A DNA stretch of 64,000 nucleotides, from assembly GCA_964187785.1 (NCBI GenBank), contig OZ076409.1, positions 3,970,001 to 4,034,000 of the forward strand, written 5' to 3'. The DNA comes from Amphiscolops sp. MND2022 (taxonomy: Eukaryota). The position numbers and the translations under genes were made by a program. The first letter of the stretch is position 1. Each line of letters starts with the position of its first letter. The notes under the pieces were generated by a model. The model was not told the DNA's origin. It saw only the letters and a program-made list of their open reading frames with translations, and did no database searches. This document shows positions 47,853 through 60,371 of the stretch, one piece after another.

Positions 47853-50800
47853 TCATAAAAGATCTGCCCGATCACTTATTAGATTTAAAAGCTCTTGATG
47901 AGTTAATTTTTCTTTCCAATACCAAACATTGAAATTAATTTCTTCATCTGTTTTCTTGCTACCGTCATCATTTATAGTTAATTCTTTATAATACAAACCA
48001 ATTAATTTCAAACAATATATACAAGGACAATCACCACTTTGTACGTGTTCATCCCATGATAAACTTTGTATTGGATTTAAGTACACACGCTTGTCATCAA
48101 AAGGATTCAAAGCTAGTTTATCTTGTTTCTGAACAGTTAGGTTGTGGGTATTAGATCTAATTGAATAATTAGTTTCGGTTGTTGTTTCAGAATTAAATAA
48201 TGAATTTATAAATTGTGAATATGGTGGTGTATGTTGTATTCCTTTTTGTTTTGATTTCTGCGTAGTTCCATAGCTAAAAGAATATGATTTAGATCTCAAA
48301 GCTACGAAGTTGTCTAATTCAATAATTGGTGATTTTCTATTTTCATTTTACCTATTACTTTCTTGTTGATTGAGTTGTACAATTCATGACTTGGGTCAAG
48401 CTCGCTGAAATCAAAATCATCTTTGAAGTATTCCAAATCATTTATAAGGTCTCCAGTTTTAATACTTAGAATGAATGAGTCTGTATCCATGTAATGCAGT
48501 TTGACACTTGAACTGTAGTATGGTTGTAATTTGTGATAATAAAACTCATACATTAACAATTTACTCAGTTCTAAAACAGAGAATCCCAAGTAAATTGGTT
48601 TATCAAAAACTGTCTTTTCTTTATCAAACTTGTAAACACTGAATTCGGAGTAATGATTTACAATACCTTTGAAGCTTAACGTGGATTGTCTTTTTATTAT
48701 TTGATTAATATTGGTGTGGGGGATAAACTCTAAACTAGTCCGGTCCCTAACATTTTCCATAGTCTTGCCAAAGAAGGCATTGTTCATTAATTTGTACAAA
48801 TCCTTCTCAAAGTTTGTTTTTGCTTTGGTGCGTTTTTGGGTGTTATGATCAATGTATTTTGCTAACCAAAGTGATTGTTTGAATCTGTAAATCGTATGTA
48901 TCTTTGTTACTTTCATCCCCAAATTCATGTAAAATTTGAACATCCTGTAGTGCATCATATAAATATATTTGTTTGTTAGATCACACATAAGTTTCTTGGT
49001 TGGTTTGTAGTTGGGTTGTTTTACACTGTTCATATACGTTGTAAACAACTCTGGATCCGCTTTTGTTTGATAAGGACATAGTGGAAAGTTTTCGGTTTTT
49101 TCTTTAATTTCAGCTGGATACTCTAAATCACTTTCTATAAAGTAGCCAAATTCATTATCATCTGGTGTATTCAAAATGTCTTCTTTAATTTCTTCTATTA
49201 GTAATTCATCAACATCGCATATGAAGCTCTGCATCTTTTTGAAGTGTCCAGTAGGAAGGTATTGACTCATTGCCCATCCATAAAGATTATTTGCATCAAT
49301 GTACAGTAATTTAGTGTTGGTGTCTGACTCAATGTAACGAGGTCCCATTACACTTGAAATTCCTCCACGGATGTTATTTTCAAGTAGTAATAATAACTGT
49401 TTGTCTTTTATGAAATCTAATTTAATATTGGTAAGTTTTAAACCAGCTTTCCATGTATAACCCGGTAGACTATAAGAGTACAACGGATTGATGCCATACA
49501 TAAGAGTGCTTGTTTCAACAAAGTTTTCGAACACATCAGTGATTTGTAGAACATCCATTTTTAAGTATAACATAGATAGTTCTTGTGCTATTGTAATGTT
49601 GTAAGTGTCAATCAATTGTTGGGTTCTTTTTATATCATCCTCACATGGGTAAGATTGTGTTAGTGTTGACCAAAAGTCTTCTTTTGTTAGATTTAGTGGT
49701 TCTTGCGTAGCTTCGCGGAAATTGTTAAGATTGAATTTTTCGTATGGATAAGCTAGTTTTTTCTTAAATAAACTAACAGTTAGGCCTTCATTTTGCATAT
49801 AAGGAAAATCATTTAATGATGTTATAAGTTTTTGTAGACTACTACTCAAAAATCTGTATGAGTCTAAAAACCTTAAACAACCTATTTGAACTGATACATA
49901 GTTTTCCATTGACTTTGGTATAATATTTATTGGCAACTTTAGATTATAAGCTGATGTTAAGAGTTCTTCAAATATGAGATGACAATCATAACCTCTTAAA
50001 ATATGGAAAAATATAGGAACAAACGCACTTGACTTTTTTTACAATTTAAATCACACTTGTTGTGGGCTGCTCCTCTGTACTTACCTGTTAGGTGATCGTG
50101 ATCTCTTACTTTAACATGCGAAGCACCTTCGGCCCCGCCGAGTGGATTTTCACAAAGCCAACACTCTTCTGCAAATTGAAATGATTCTTCTTCTTGGGGA
50201 GTTATTTCAAGAGGAATATTAGTTTCGAAATATTCCGATGCAATGTTTTCTAAAGTCAACATTTCATTTACAAACCATGTTACACAATCTACTCCAAAGT
50301 ATGAGTAGTACTTGTTTCGCGGAGCTCCGCCAAATGGTGAAATCAGATAAAAGCCTACTGCAATTGGAATTTGTTTAAATAATACTTTGGACTTGTCTGT
50401 GGGTGCAGCTTCGTGATATTTTGTGGGATCATTCTGAGGCTGATTAATACATTCAAAATCTTCATATACTCTTATTGGTATAGGAATTTTCATATGATAA
50501 TCTTCGAACTTTAAATGATCCTTCCAACTGAATGTGATATTAGTTGGTTGTTGTTTTTGACAACGGCCAATGTGTTGATTGAGAATATCCTCAGAACTAA
50601 ATGCAGTTAGACATCTTCTACACACCCATTTCTTGTGTGAATCTTTATTTATTAGACAGTGTAATTTTGTTATTAAGCAATAATGATTTTCAAATAGCAG
50701 CAAGTCTATTTGTGGTTGATCATAGTTTGTGGAAATGTGGATTGGTGTTAAAACTGTTTTTGTGAGTTCAAATACATTTACGTTTAAATTATTTAAGTTT

Positions 50801-51720
50801 TCAAACTTGGGAATATCTTTACCTTTCATAGGAAATTCTAAACCTTCTAGGTTGAGTTTATTGAAGTGCATTGAATAATTTGTTGTTCTACTTTTATTGT
50901 CCTCAACGGGATATAGCTTTGCTAGGATGCACCACAAAAAACAAAATTGATCATCATTTTTTATATTTATAATTGATTTATTATTCTTATATTTTTATGG
51001 CAACTCAACCCATGAAGAAGCTTGAATATCATTGACTTTATATACCTCCATTATAACATTGACAATACCGTTTAACACAAAACCTGATCCTTCTAATTGT
51101 TCATCATCTAATTTCTGCATTAACCTGTTGTGAACATTCTCATAACTACCGACGGCGCTCTGCGTGTGATTGTAATTAAAATCTGATTTAACCCATTTGT
51201 GAAATACAACTTCTTCTCCGCTGATGTATTTTGAAAACTTAGCTAAATAACTCAATTGGAACTTGTATTGGGGAAACAAGCTAGTTCTTAGCAAATCATT
51301 AATCTGTTCTTCAAGATGATGCGAAGCGACGCTTGTTGGATTTACTTTCAGTTTAATGTATCTTTTTTCATTCACAATTACTTTTACTCCATTACCGAAT
51401 GTGTTTTGTGTATTTCGTGTATCTTGACTAAGTTGATTGTTTTGACTTCTTAACGTGTGAATTTCACTTTGGAAATGTCTTGAATTACTTATATATTTAC
51501 CACAATCTTCACACCAAATTTGTGTAGCTTCACGTTGTTGTTTGTTTTTGTTTTTATGTTCATCTGAATTTAGATGATTAGACTTGTCAGGCAAAGGCAT
51601 AAATGTATTACATTTTTTACAATAATATTGATTTAATTTTTCTAAATGTTTTACTGATTTTAGATGATCTGATTTGTAAGATTTTTTATACATAGAATTG
51701 CAGGTATTACATTTCTCCAT
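47853..51720 (-). pseudogene. Protein-primed DNA polymerase B (Zn fingers, OTU-like, EndoVII, exonuclease, polymerase)
   Basis: QFCFLWCI...HYCLI (OTU-like), VRDHDHLTGKYRGAAHNKC, LRFLDSYRF, YIDANNLYGWAM, KLMNNAFFGKT, YMDTDS; frameshifts near 50995, 50040 and 48320. Confidence 0.96.
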
Positions 51721-51853
51721 TTCTTTTATTATAAAAAAATTAATTTAATAGCATTTAAATTTCTTTAAAATAGGAGTTATTTTTCATTTAATTTTATGTT
51801 AAATTTCATGTTAAATTTCATGTTAAAATTAATGTTCAAATTGAATAAATTAA

Positions 51854-52457
51854 TTATAAAAAACTGTTTGGTTTATGACTTGTATCGCATGGCTTCGCAC
51901 GCATGTTTTGTGTTTGAGTTTGATAATTTTCAAATTGAGTCACAAATCGTTGATATTCTTTTTCATCCACATAGTTGTCTTTTAGGCTAGCAGTGTAAAG
52001 GTGTCTAAAGTCATTGAGTGTCTTCTGAATAATAGCGTACTTAAGTTTATAATTTTGTTCTTTTTTCTTCAAATAACTAGAACAAATTTTAACAAGAATA
52101 CCAGTTGCACAACCAACTCCTGCAGCGATTGGAACAACTATAATACCCACACCAGTAATACTTACACACCAGTGTGACAGATGTTGAAGTTGTTCCAATC
52201 ACTATAATACCATCGAGGGAGTTAATTAGGTTATTTATTAGCTTGTATTTGGTGTATTTTTTCTTGTATTTCTTTTCTTCCAATTCATAATATTTCATCA
52301 TTAGACTAATGTTTTGAATAGAATTATTGAAACTATTTACTTTTTGTAATTCGCGTTGCAATTCACTTTGCAATCGCTTATTTATGAGAGTTTCAACATC
52401 ATATGGTGCGGAGGGACTGAGAGTGGGGGTCAGGGACGGATAGAGTTTTTGTTCCAT
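51854..52457 (-). pseudogene. Hydrophobic-hairpin protein X2
   Basis: LYPSL, SFNNSIQNI, SITGVGIIVVPIAAGV; frameshift near 52170. Confidence 0.75.
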
Positions 52458-52460
52458 TTA

Positions 52461-53237
52461 TTAATCATATAAAATGAAATTTATTTCCATTGGTGTTAAT
52501 TTCAAACGGTGTTTCATATCAACAAGGTCTTTATAGGAATCTTTTTTCAATGACTCTAAAATTGATTGTCTAATAGAATATTCTAAATCAGACAGATAAT
52601 ATTCACCATCTGAAGTAGGTATTGTTTTTCCATACTTTTCAAATAAGTGTGCTTCACTGAAAGTGAGGTATTGTTCAAATGCTTGATCTTTATTGGGAAA
52701 AGAATCAAACAACCCTTTATCATAAAGTAGTTGAATTATGTTTTTAGTTATAGTAATTTTATTCTCGTGCAGGCCATTAAAAAGTTTAAACATTTCATCT
52801 TCATTTAAAATCATTCCAGCTTGACCCGGTGTCGACAAAAACTTTAAGTTGTGGACTGTTAACATTTCAAAACTATTGTTGTGTATTAAATTTAGTACTT
52901 CATTTACTAAAGCAGTTCTTTGTTCGGTAGAAGATTTTTTCATATTTTGTTCTAACTTATTTATGGTTTTTGAAAGGTCTGAAAACTGGGAATAAATATC
53001 TTTGATTAACTTTGAGTCTAATAAAACATTTCGAATTTCCTGAGAGTCTAATAAGTTTCCTGATAAGTTTCCTAATTCATTTTCTAATTCATTTTCGAAA
53101 TCTTCTTTTAATTTGGAATGGGTTATTTGGGCTAATTTTTCTTGACTTTTTATCATATCTTTTAGCTCCTGATATTCCCGTGGTTTTAGCTGTTCACTAG
53201 AATAACCAAACTTATGAAGAGACGGAGTTTCATACAT
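52461..53237 (-). CDS. Hypothetical coiled-coil protein X1
   Basis: Intact 258 aa ORF homologous to 30122-30876. Confidence 0.75.
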   Translation of the reverse strand: MYETPSLHKFGYSSEQLKPREYQELKDMIKSQEKLAQITHSKLKEDFENELENELGNLSGNLLDSQEIRNVLLDSKLIKDIYSQFSDLSKTINKLEQNMKKSSTEQRTALVNEVLNLIHNNSFEMLTVHNLKFLSTPGQAGMILNEDEMFKLFNGLHENKITITKNIIQLLYDKGLFDSFPNKDQAFEQYLTFSEAHLFEKYGKTIPTSDGEYYLSDLEYSIRQSILESLKKDSYKDLVDMKHRLKLTPMEINFILYD

Positions 53238-53257
53238 TTATTAAAATGAAAAAGTTG

Positions 53258-54039
53258 AAAAATACAAAACCCATAGGCATGCCCACAGCTTCGCGCATTG
53301 GTGGAGCTACGCACATGTCTATGGTAAACTCAAAGCCCATCGGGAGTCCGTTCCACTAAGAGTTTCCACAGCAGGGATCATCCTTTTTAAGAACTGTGCC
53401 ATTGGTGATTATTCTCCCATAGCATGTAAGTTATAACAAAGACTGGGGGACGTTGGATAGAAGTGAACCCCAAACACTCCGGCCGAAGCCTTAACTTTAG
53501 TCAATGCTATAACCACTAAGCTATAGGAGACAAAGAGGTGTTAGTTTTACTTGTATAAATACCATTGTGAAACTGCGAAAGCTCCTGCGAAAGCTCCAAT
53601 TAACGAACATGTGTGTGTGTTTAACGGATGGTAGAAACTCATTTGTATTACGCGAAGCTCCGCACACAGTCCGGTATATTAACGTTGGCCGTACATTAAC
53701 GTTGGCCGTACATTAACGTTGGCCGTACATTAACGTTGGCCGTACGTTAACGTTGGCCGTACATTAACGTTGGTTCTACTTGGACGCTTTTACAAAGAAA
53801 TGAATTTTTGTTGGTTGCGAAGCTGCGGTAGCTATCGCGCGGATTGAATTGGAAAACGCCTGATTTTGTGCTTAAAATCAATGGTTTTGGGGTTTTTTAA
53901 TTTTTGGGGTTTTGTTGACCAATAAGGGAAAACCACTAATTTGGTGATTTATTTTTGGAAAATGCCTCTAAATCAGGGGTTTTTTGATCTTTTAATTTTT
54001 GGAGTTTTGTTGACCAATATCGGGATTTCCCCTACTACT
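53258..54039 (-). repeat. Right terminal inverted repeat (~782 bp)
   Basis: Mirror of the left TIR; 17 bp array x5 plus a partial unit (53678-53773). Confidence 0.97.
53413..53531 (-). ncRNA. Second TIR copy of the candidate structured RNA
   Basis: Mirror of 39457-39575; this copy has a GGC-TTCG-GCC hairpin (UUCG tetraloop). Confidence 0.5.
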
Positions 54040-54929
54040 TAGTATAAATGTACTAATCAAAAAGCCTACCTAAGGTAACATGTACGGAATAATTCTTAAA
54101 ACTGAAATTATTTGGTTAGAATGAAAATAGCAGCAAAGACTCATGGTAAGATAGCATCAAATATTGCTAAAACGAGGTTGAGTTTAGAGTAAAGTTCTAA
54201 AAAATATATGTTTTACCACTACCAGAAAAGGCCACATTTGCTTCTAGGCTGCGCTCAATATTAATATACTTCCCAGTTGAACTTCACAAAATTTATAGTT
54301 TCTTTCTGCAAATCCTCTATTTAGGTTATGAGCAGATTTTTCGATTTTTTGACGTTTTTCTTTTGTACCAGTCAGTGGAAAGTTTCAATTGCTAACTACA
54401 TAATGGTAACCCTGTAAGCTTATTTGATCGAAATGTAGCGCTATTTCCCAATATCAGATCCGTCCCGAAAGTTTTCGTTTTCATTGTAGCATTTCCGAAA
54501 CAGTTTGAAAAACAGCAAATTTTTAACGTTCATTTTCTCTTGATGTTTTTCGAGCATTTACGAAAAAATGCAGTTTCACAGCGATTAATGTTTGTGACTC
54601 CCTTTCATTTAATTTACTCGAAGTGCTTTGCCACTTGAAAAGCTTTGTTACAGATTGACCTCACGGGCTTGAAAAACAAAACGAATCTGAATCCGTAAGA
54701 CTGAGAGTGCAGAAGATTAAGAGTACAAACCTTTCAGGAGAAACGAAACGTATTTGACTTCATACCAAGACTTCACTTCGTTCTCTGAACATCCCTTGCT
54801 GACCAAAAGGACATCTCAATCTTGAGTATCAAGGTGAAAAGATTTTTTCTCCAAATATGTCGAAAACTATAATCAAGTTTTCCTGTTTTTGCATTGATGG
54901 AGCTGTAAAACCTCTAGAAATATTAGAAT

Positions 54930-54930
<1 letters not shown>

Positions 54931-54978
<48 letters not shown>
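54931..54978 (+). repeat. (TATC)n microsatellite
   Basis: 12 tandem TATC units. Confidence 0.97.
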
Positions 54979-54980
<2 letters not shown>

Positions 54981-56135
54981 ATATCTGTCTGTTTATCTAA
55001 GTAACAATTCTCATTGCTTTCTGGAATTTTTCATAAACTTTCACTTCATCTGTGTAACTCTGTAATTGACCATCTATGCTTTCAATCGATTTTGTTACAA
55101 AGATATCATCAATGGTTCAAAATGTCCTTTTACCAAAACATTGGTATTGCCATCACTGAAAAGAGAAGGGCAACAGAGGCCAGAATGACGCCAATGACGG
55201 CAAGAATCTGGAACTTTTTCATCGGTATTATCAGCTCCCAACAGCTGAAACGAACAAGTCTTATTTATGTTCTGTCATTGCTGCAAAACGCAGTGAGGCA
55301 AATTCGACAAAGTAATTCCTCTCTTTTTTTGAAGTCATGTGGATTCATTGGAAAAGTTGGTTTCAGAAGGTCTCATAATCTCTCAAGGTGACTTTCAGGT
55401 TTCTATTCGAAACTAAATATTCTAAATCTGAATAGGACTAAGATGTCTTTTTTTGAACAAAAAACAGATAAAAAAACAGCCTCAACTTATGCATGAAATT
55501 AAAAGACATTTTATGAAAAGGTGGTTTTGGATTATATCTTTTTGTCATGCTTTTCATGTCTATACCTCCGGAAGCCTTATTCTAGTTTTTATTCGAAAAG
55601 CCTCAGGAACTGTTAGTTGTCATATTGTAGTATTTCTACGTCTAAAACACAGTTACCCAAATAATATGTTGCTTTTTGTTGAACACAATGCCCAAAAAGT
55701 TTCGAAACTTTTGAACTTGATAGTCAAACAGACGTTTATCGACATGAATGATGCCCTGGACTGGTTGACTACAATTTGTGACTGATTCGAGAGAAAGAAT
55801 GATGATGTAATCAAAATTAATGTCAATTGGTTATTCAATGCAAACATAGTAATACCCTTATCGCTGCAACAGTTACAGTAGCACTGAAACGTCAAATCTT
55901 GGCACTGAAACACTTAATTATTTCTCAAAAAAAGAAAGAATATATTATTTTCGTAGTTGCTTCGTGTTTTACAATAGCAGATTCAAAATAGTTTTTGACG
56001 GAACTCGGCGAACTAATTTGAACTGAACGTTTTTTCCAGCTAAAGGTTTTGGAACAATTAAAACCGATCAATAAAGCTGTTCAAAAAACAGATTTGTGAC
56101 TGGAATCATTGTACATTTTTTCTGGCAGATATCAT

Positions 56136-56800
56136 TCAGTTTCGTCCCGACATCATAGTTTCATTGTATCTTGGATGCCAGAGATTCATTCTACATCGAT
56201 GGGTGAACCAAAAAACAGCTGAAAATATCCGAGCTTGGTAACTTTCCATCGAAGCGAAGAAACGTTCACACATTAAAGATGTGAACGGTGAACAATGAAT
56301 GTTAAAGACGTCTAAACATTTTCCTAAAAGTTCCGATTGTTCTTTGTCGAAAATTTGGTTACGTAATGAGACGATGATTGGCAAAGAACCTGAAAGGTTA
56401 TCAGCAACTTGTTTTCAAAGAGTACCGTTTTGAAGAGTTAATTCTTTACACGTTTCCTTTTTGGTTCACCCAGCAGAATACAGAGCAAAGAAGTTTTAGC
56501 TTTTTCTCCTATACTAGATGAACGTTGGAAAATGGAGCGAAAATGAAGTTCACACTTCAAATTGCCTAATGAAAGTAAAGGAGAAGCTAAAAAGCCCCCA
56601 TTTAAAATGAAGCGTACATCACGTATCACATCTTAACTGAGCATGCTGTGAACCTCTCGAGAAAATATAGACATATACCAGTCACATCGTTAACACAGTG
56701 ATATGTGAAAGATCTTTGATGCTCAAACGTATGTGGAAAAATGTCAAATTGAATGATTGACAGGCTGATTATCAGCGTTTAACTTTCTTGTGAAATGTTC
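56136..56800 (-). pseudogene. hAT transposase C-terminal (dimerization domain) remnant
   Basis: PFTSLMCERFF resembles PxTSxxxERxFS; upstream DVRF resembles DPRF. Confidence 0.45.
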
Positions 56801-58079
56801 TTCGACAAATTGTAGACAATTTGAAGAAGACAAGTTCTTTATTGCTTTCTTTTTTGATTTGCTTAGTACTTTAGTCAACAAAAATTACACTCTCGATTTT
56901 ACCATGTGCTAAGGTTGAAGGCTGAAAATCGCAGTAAAATGAGGAATATAAAACAGTTTTTAATGGACCGTTTTGCTTTTATGTCTGATCTGATCTTTCC
57001 CGCAAAACTTATGGCGACTACTTTCTGGCGTTTTCGGCCAATTTTCGTGGTTGAGGTGAGAATTCGTGAAACCGGTTTCAGCTATTACCATTCCAATGCC
57101 ATCTTTATGTAGCTCTGGTTCTCCTCTACCAATCCTTCAAAAATCAGCGCCCAGTAAAAGCGTCGACCGTTACTTTTTTGCCCAGTTTATTCTCTTCCGA
57201 TACTACAGTCACGGTCAAAATGATTCGGCAGCTTCTAATTAAAAACGTTTTTCAAAAAAGTCCTGTTTTTTAGGGTAATTTCCAATAATAACAAGAATTT
57301 TTAATGTATGCTCAAAAGAAGATTAAGTACGCGAGTCAATGTATTATGTCAAAAAATGTATATAAATGCAACTATATAGATCGAAGGAAACGCGTTCAAT
57401 CCGTCTTCCGCACTGGTCGACTTGAACGGGCAGTCCGCCATTCTGTTAACCAATCAGCGTTGAGCTTTTCTAATCTCATTCATTCATTTGCTAGCCATTA
57501 CGGTCGCATCTTGTATTACGGACCACCAGTCCACTCTGTGTATTTATTTACTTTAGCGTGCTTACATGCAAATAGACATAACTGAAGTGTCATAGTATTG
57601 ATATTTAGACTTGAAAGGCGTGCCGCCTTAACTCCCCCCTTCTCCGTTTTCCATCGCATGACATTAAGGAAAGTGCTAATTATAGAATGAAATCACCATG
57701 ACGTAGAGATAATATGATTCCCCAGGGTTGAGCTACCCAGATCTAGTGCTATTTTTAGTCTTGGTAACTTGACGTCACAATAACGTTGAGTCTCTGATGC
57801 TATTTTTATATAAAGATCTCTGATAGTTTGAGCGTGATGGCCCCAAAACTATATAAACGGGGACCGTGAGGGAAGCGGGACATTATTCTACATATCTTGC
57901 TACAACCTCTCCAATTGAATGAACACAATTATCAATTCGCAACTATTGATGTGACTTTAGAACAGAATACTATTGGAAATCATTGTGTAGTTAATTACTG
58001 TTCCTTGATTTGAAATTAAACAAGTTCGTTGCTGTAGTAAAGTGAACAGTTCATTATTGTTCAAACAAGATTTTCCCCA

Positions 58080-58472
58080 ATGCCATCCACTAGAAAACAA
58101 AAGGCGAAAGAAAGGCGTTCTAGACAAGTCGACTTGATGTCTGATACAGAAAATCTAGATATAATGCTGTGCTCTTACTCAAGAAATGAACTGGAAAGCA
58201 GTTCAATTGATAGAAATGATGATATGGACCATGAGTCTGATAGGACTAGACAAGACGTAGCCCAAAATAGTGAGGATTTTAGATCACTCCTCAATTCAAA
58301 TAGTAGAGGGAGCAGTGAATCAACTATAGAGACAATGAGGATAGCTAATTCTGAGATTTCCAAACAAATGGACGGATTTAAGAAGGAATTAAAATCACAA
58401 ATAATGGATACCATTAATTCCGTGATTAGTGAAAAGGTCCTTTCTGATATACGCAACACCATGGTAAACTAA
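58080..58472 (+). CDS. Upstream ORF of the Gypsy element (basic N-terminus, coiled coil)
   Basis: 130 aa, MPSTRKQKAKERRSRQ..., same strand and just 5' of gag. Confidence 0.55.
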   Translation: MPSTRKQKAKERRSRQVDLMSDTENLDIMLCSYSRNELESSSIDRNDDMDHESDRTRQDVAQNSEDFRSLLNSNSRGSSESTIETMRIANSEISKQMDGFKKELKSQIMDTINSVISEKVLSDIRNTMVN

Positions 58473-58798
58473 CATCCTAGGTTTCGGGAAGAAGTGGACC
58501 ACCGGTCTAGTAGGATAAGCAGGACCGCCGAAGAGGAACATATAGGAAATGCATGGAAAACCAACTCAAAACCAATTTCAGTCAATAGTAGCCAGCGTAA
58601 CTACTTTTGGGAGGACTCAGACGCTTCCCTACTAATTGATAATGGTAATGAACCAATAACTCTTGGTCACGACATGGTGACAGGAGCCAACTCTACCCCC
58701 GTACGGTTCCTGAAATTCTTACTGGATGGCCAACGCACTCCCGATCTGAAACACAGAACCAGGATCTCTCACAAGGTCCGACTTAGGAAAACATCCTT

Positions 58799-59791
58799 GT
58801 GGTCCCAGAGACCACCGTCAACTCTGACCCCATCCGACGCCTCGCAGACGTGTTAGTTGGAATGAACAGCAAACCATCTGCACAAACTCTCTTGGTGCGT
58901 CCTGTCAGAACTACCCCATTGACATTCGAAAGGAAATCAGAAAAATTCGAACTTTTCGAAGACCTTTTTCATACCATGATCAAAATGCAACCAGAAATGA
59001 CTGAATCCATGAAGATCAATCATTTCAACTCCCTACTACGTAAGAAGGCACTGCAAACTTTCCGCAACATTAACTCTGCCAATCGGCAGACGCTGGAAGA
59101 CGTACAAGCAGTCTTTGGACGAAAGTATGTCAAACCAGAATCCCAGACAACTGCCAAACACAAATGGCACAAACTAGTATTTGAACCAAACACCATGAAG
59201 TTACCCAATTTTCTTGACGAACTTAATCAGGGGCAGACAAAGCGTTTGGCGGAAATGCCCAGACAATGATTGATAGCCTTCTATACGCCAAATTAACACC
59301 CCCCCCAACTCAAGAGGTCAGTTAACATGGCACGTCTAGAAAATGCCCCATATGAAGAAATTGTCACCCATTTAGAACGTGAATTAGAACTTAATGGACT
59401 TGAGGAAGGTGACGACATTCCTGTACCCACAATGTCTACCGCCCGTACAGCAACACGACCGGGAACTGGCCTTCTTTCCTCTGGCATCGATTCGAATGTC
59501 ACGTGCAACTATAGCAAAAAACCAGGAAACGTCAAAAATGACTGCCGAAAACTCAAAAGGAAGGAAGAACAACGCCGCAATGACGGACAGGATACCAAAA
59601 AAGAATATCCAAAATGTCCAACTTGCGACAAAACTAATCACCCAGCGGAACGGTGTTGGAAAGGCCTTGGAGCCCACCTCAAGCCCAAAAACCCTAAGAT
59701 GGAGGACGCCAAACAAGACGAATCGTCCCGCAGCCAAAATGACACCAACAGTAAACAGACAACTTCAATTCTCAAAAACTCAAAAAACTAG
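58799..59791 (+). pseudogene. Gypsy gag with two CCHC-type knuckles
   Basis: FELFEDLF...INHFNSLL; CNYSKKPGNVKNDC (degenerate) and CPTCDKTNHPAERC; frameshifts. Confidence 0.85.
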
Positions 59792-60371
59792 ATTTGCCAC
59801 GACTCCAAATCAATGAAAAACTATGCGTCAGACAATATATAATATCTGACCCTTCTACCATAGTTTACATCGAATTCTATTCTCCACTTAAAGGTTTCTC
59901 ATCCGCTGACTGGCAGAAGCCAATGAGAGCCTGTGCTACTCAATCATATACTCCGGACCACTCGACTATCGACCACATTCGACCACCTCCATCGATACCT
60001 GACTATAACCCCTGTTAGACTGATCCCGCCTATGGTCTAGACCCCTACTGGGACATTCAGCTCAACGATCAGAATGCATTGCATTTTCTCGACAATTTTA
60101 CAAAACCTATTGCGGATATAGAACCTGATTGCCATGCTACTGATGCGGCTCCAAACTCTCGTTTATTCAAGGCATTAGTTGACTCATGGCAAACGAGAAT
60201 CGATACCTGTGCCTTAACATCACAAGATTTTACCAGTTTTACCCAATCCGACCACCAGTCGTTTTGACTACTGCCGTCGAAGCACGATTTGTGAACACTC
60301 TGGTCACCAGGAATGGAGAACCAAACTATGTACCGCTGACAACCAACCTTGGACTCAAATATAAACCACGA

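Larger units (their letters stand above)
38914..54039. mobile_element. Complete Polinton/Maverick (adintovirus-like) element B, 15,126 bp
   Basis: Starts AGTAGTAGGGGAAATCCCGAT and ends ATCGGGATTTCCCCTACTACT; 6 bp TSD TAGTAT at 38908-38913 and 54040-54045; encodes protease, penton, major capsid, two ATPases, integrase and pPolB. Confidence 0.98.

Noticed and set aside
53455..53700. Hairpin ribozyme (AGAAGTGAACC..AAACAC, with GGTATATTA downstream)
   Set aside because: The required helices and a paired N|GUC substrate strand cannot be formed, and AGAA is not conserved in the homolog at 360-380.
55014..55913. ORFs as a host gene or transposase
   Set aside because: No motif I can support.
57340..58030. 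5' LTR and primer-binding site of the Gypsy element
   Set aside because: A TATA-like motif (57850) and ATTAAACA (58015-58022) are suggestive, but the second LTR is outside the window and there is no clear TGG primer site, so boundaries cannot be set.
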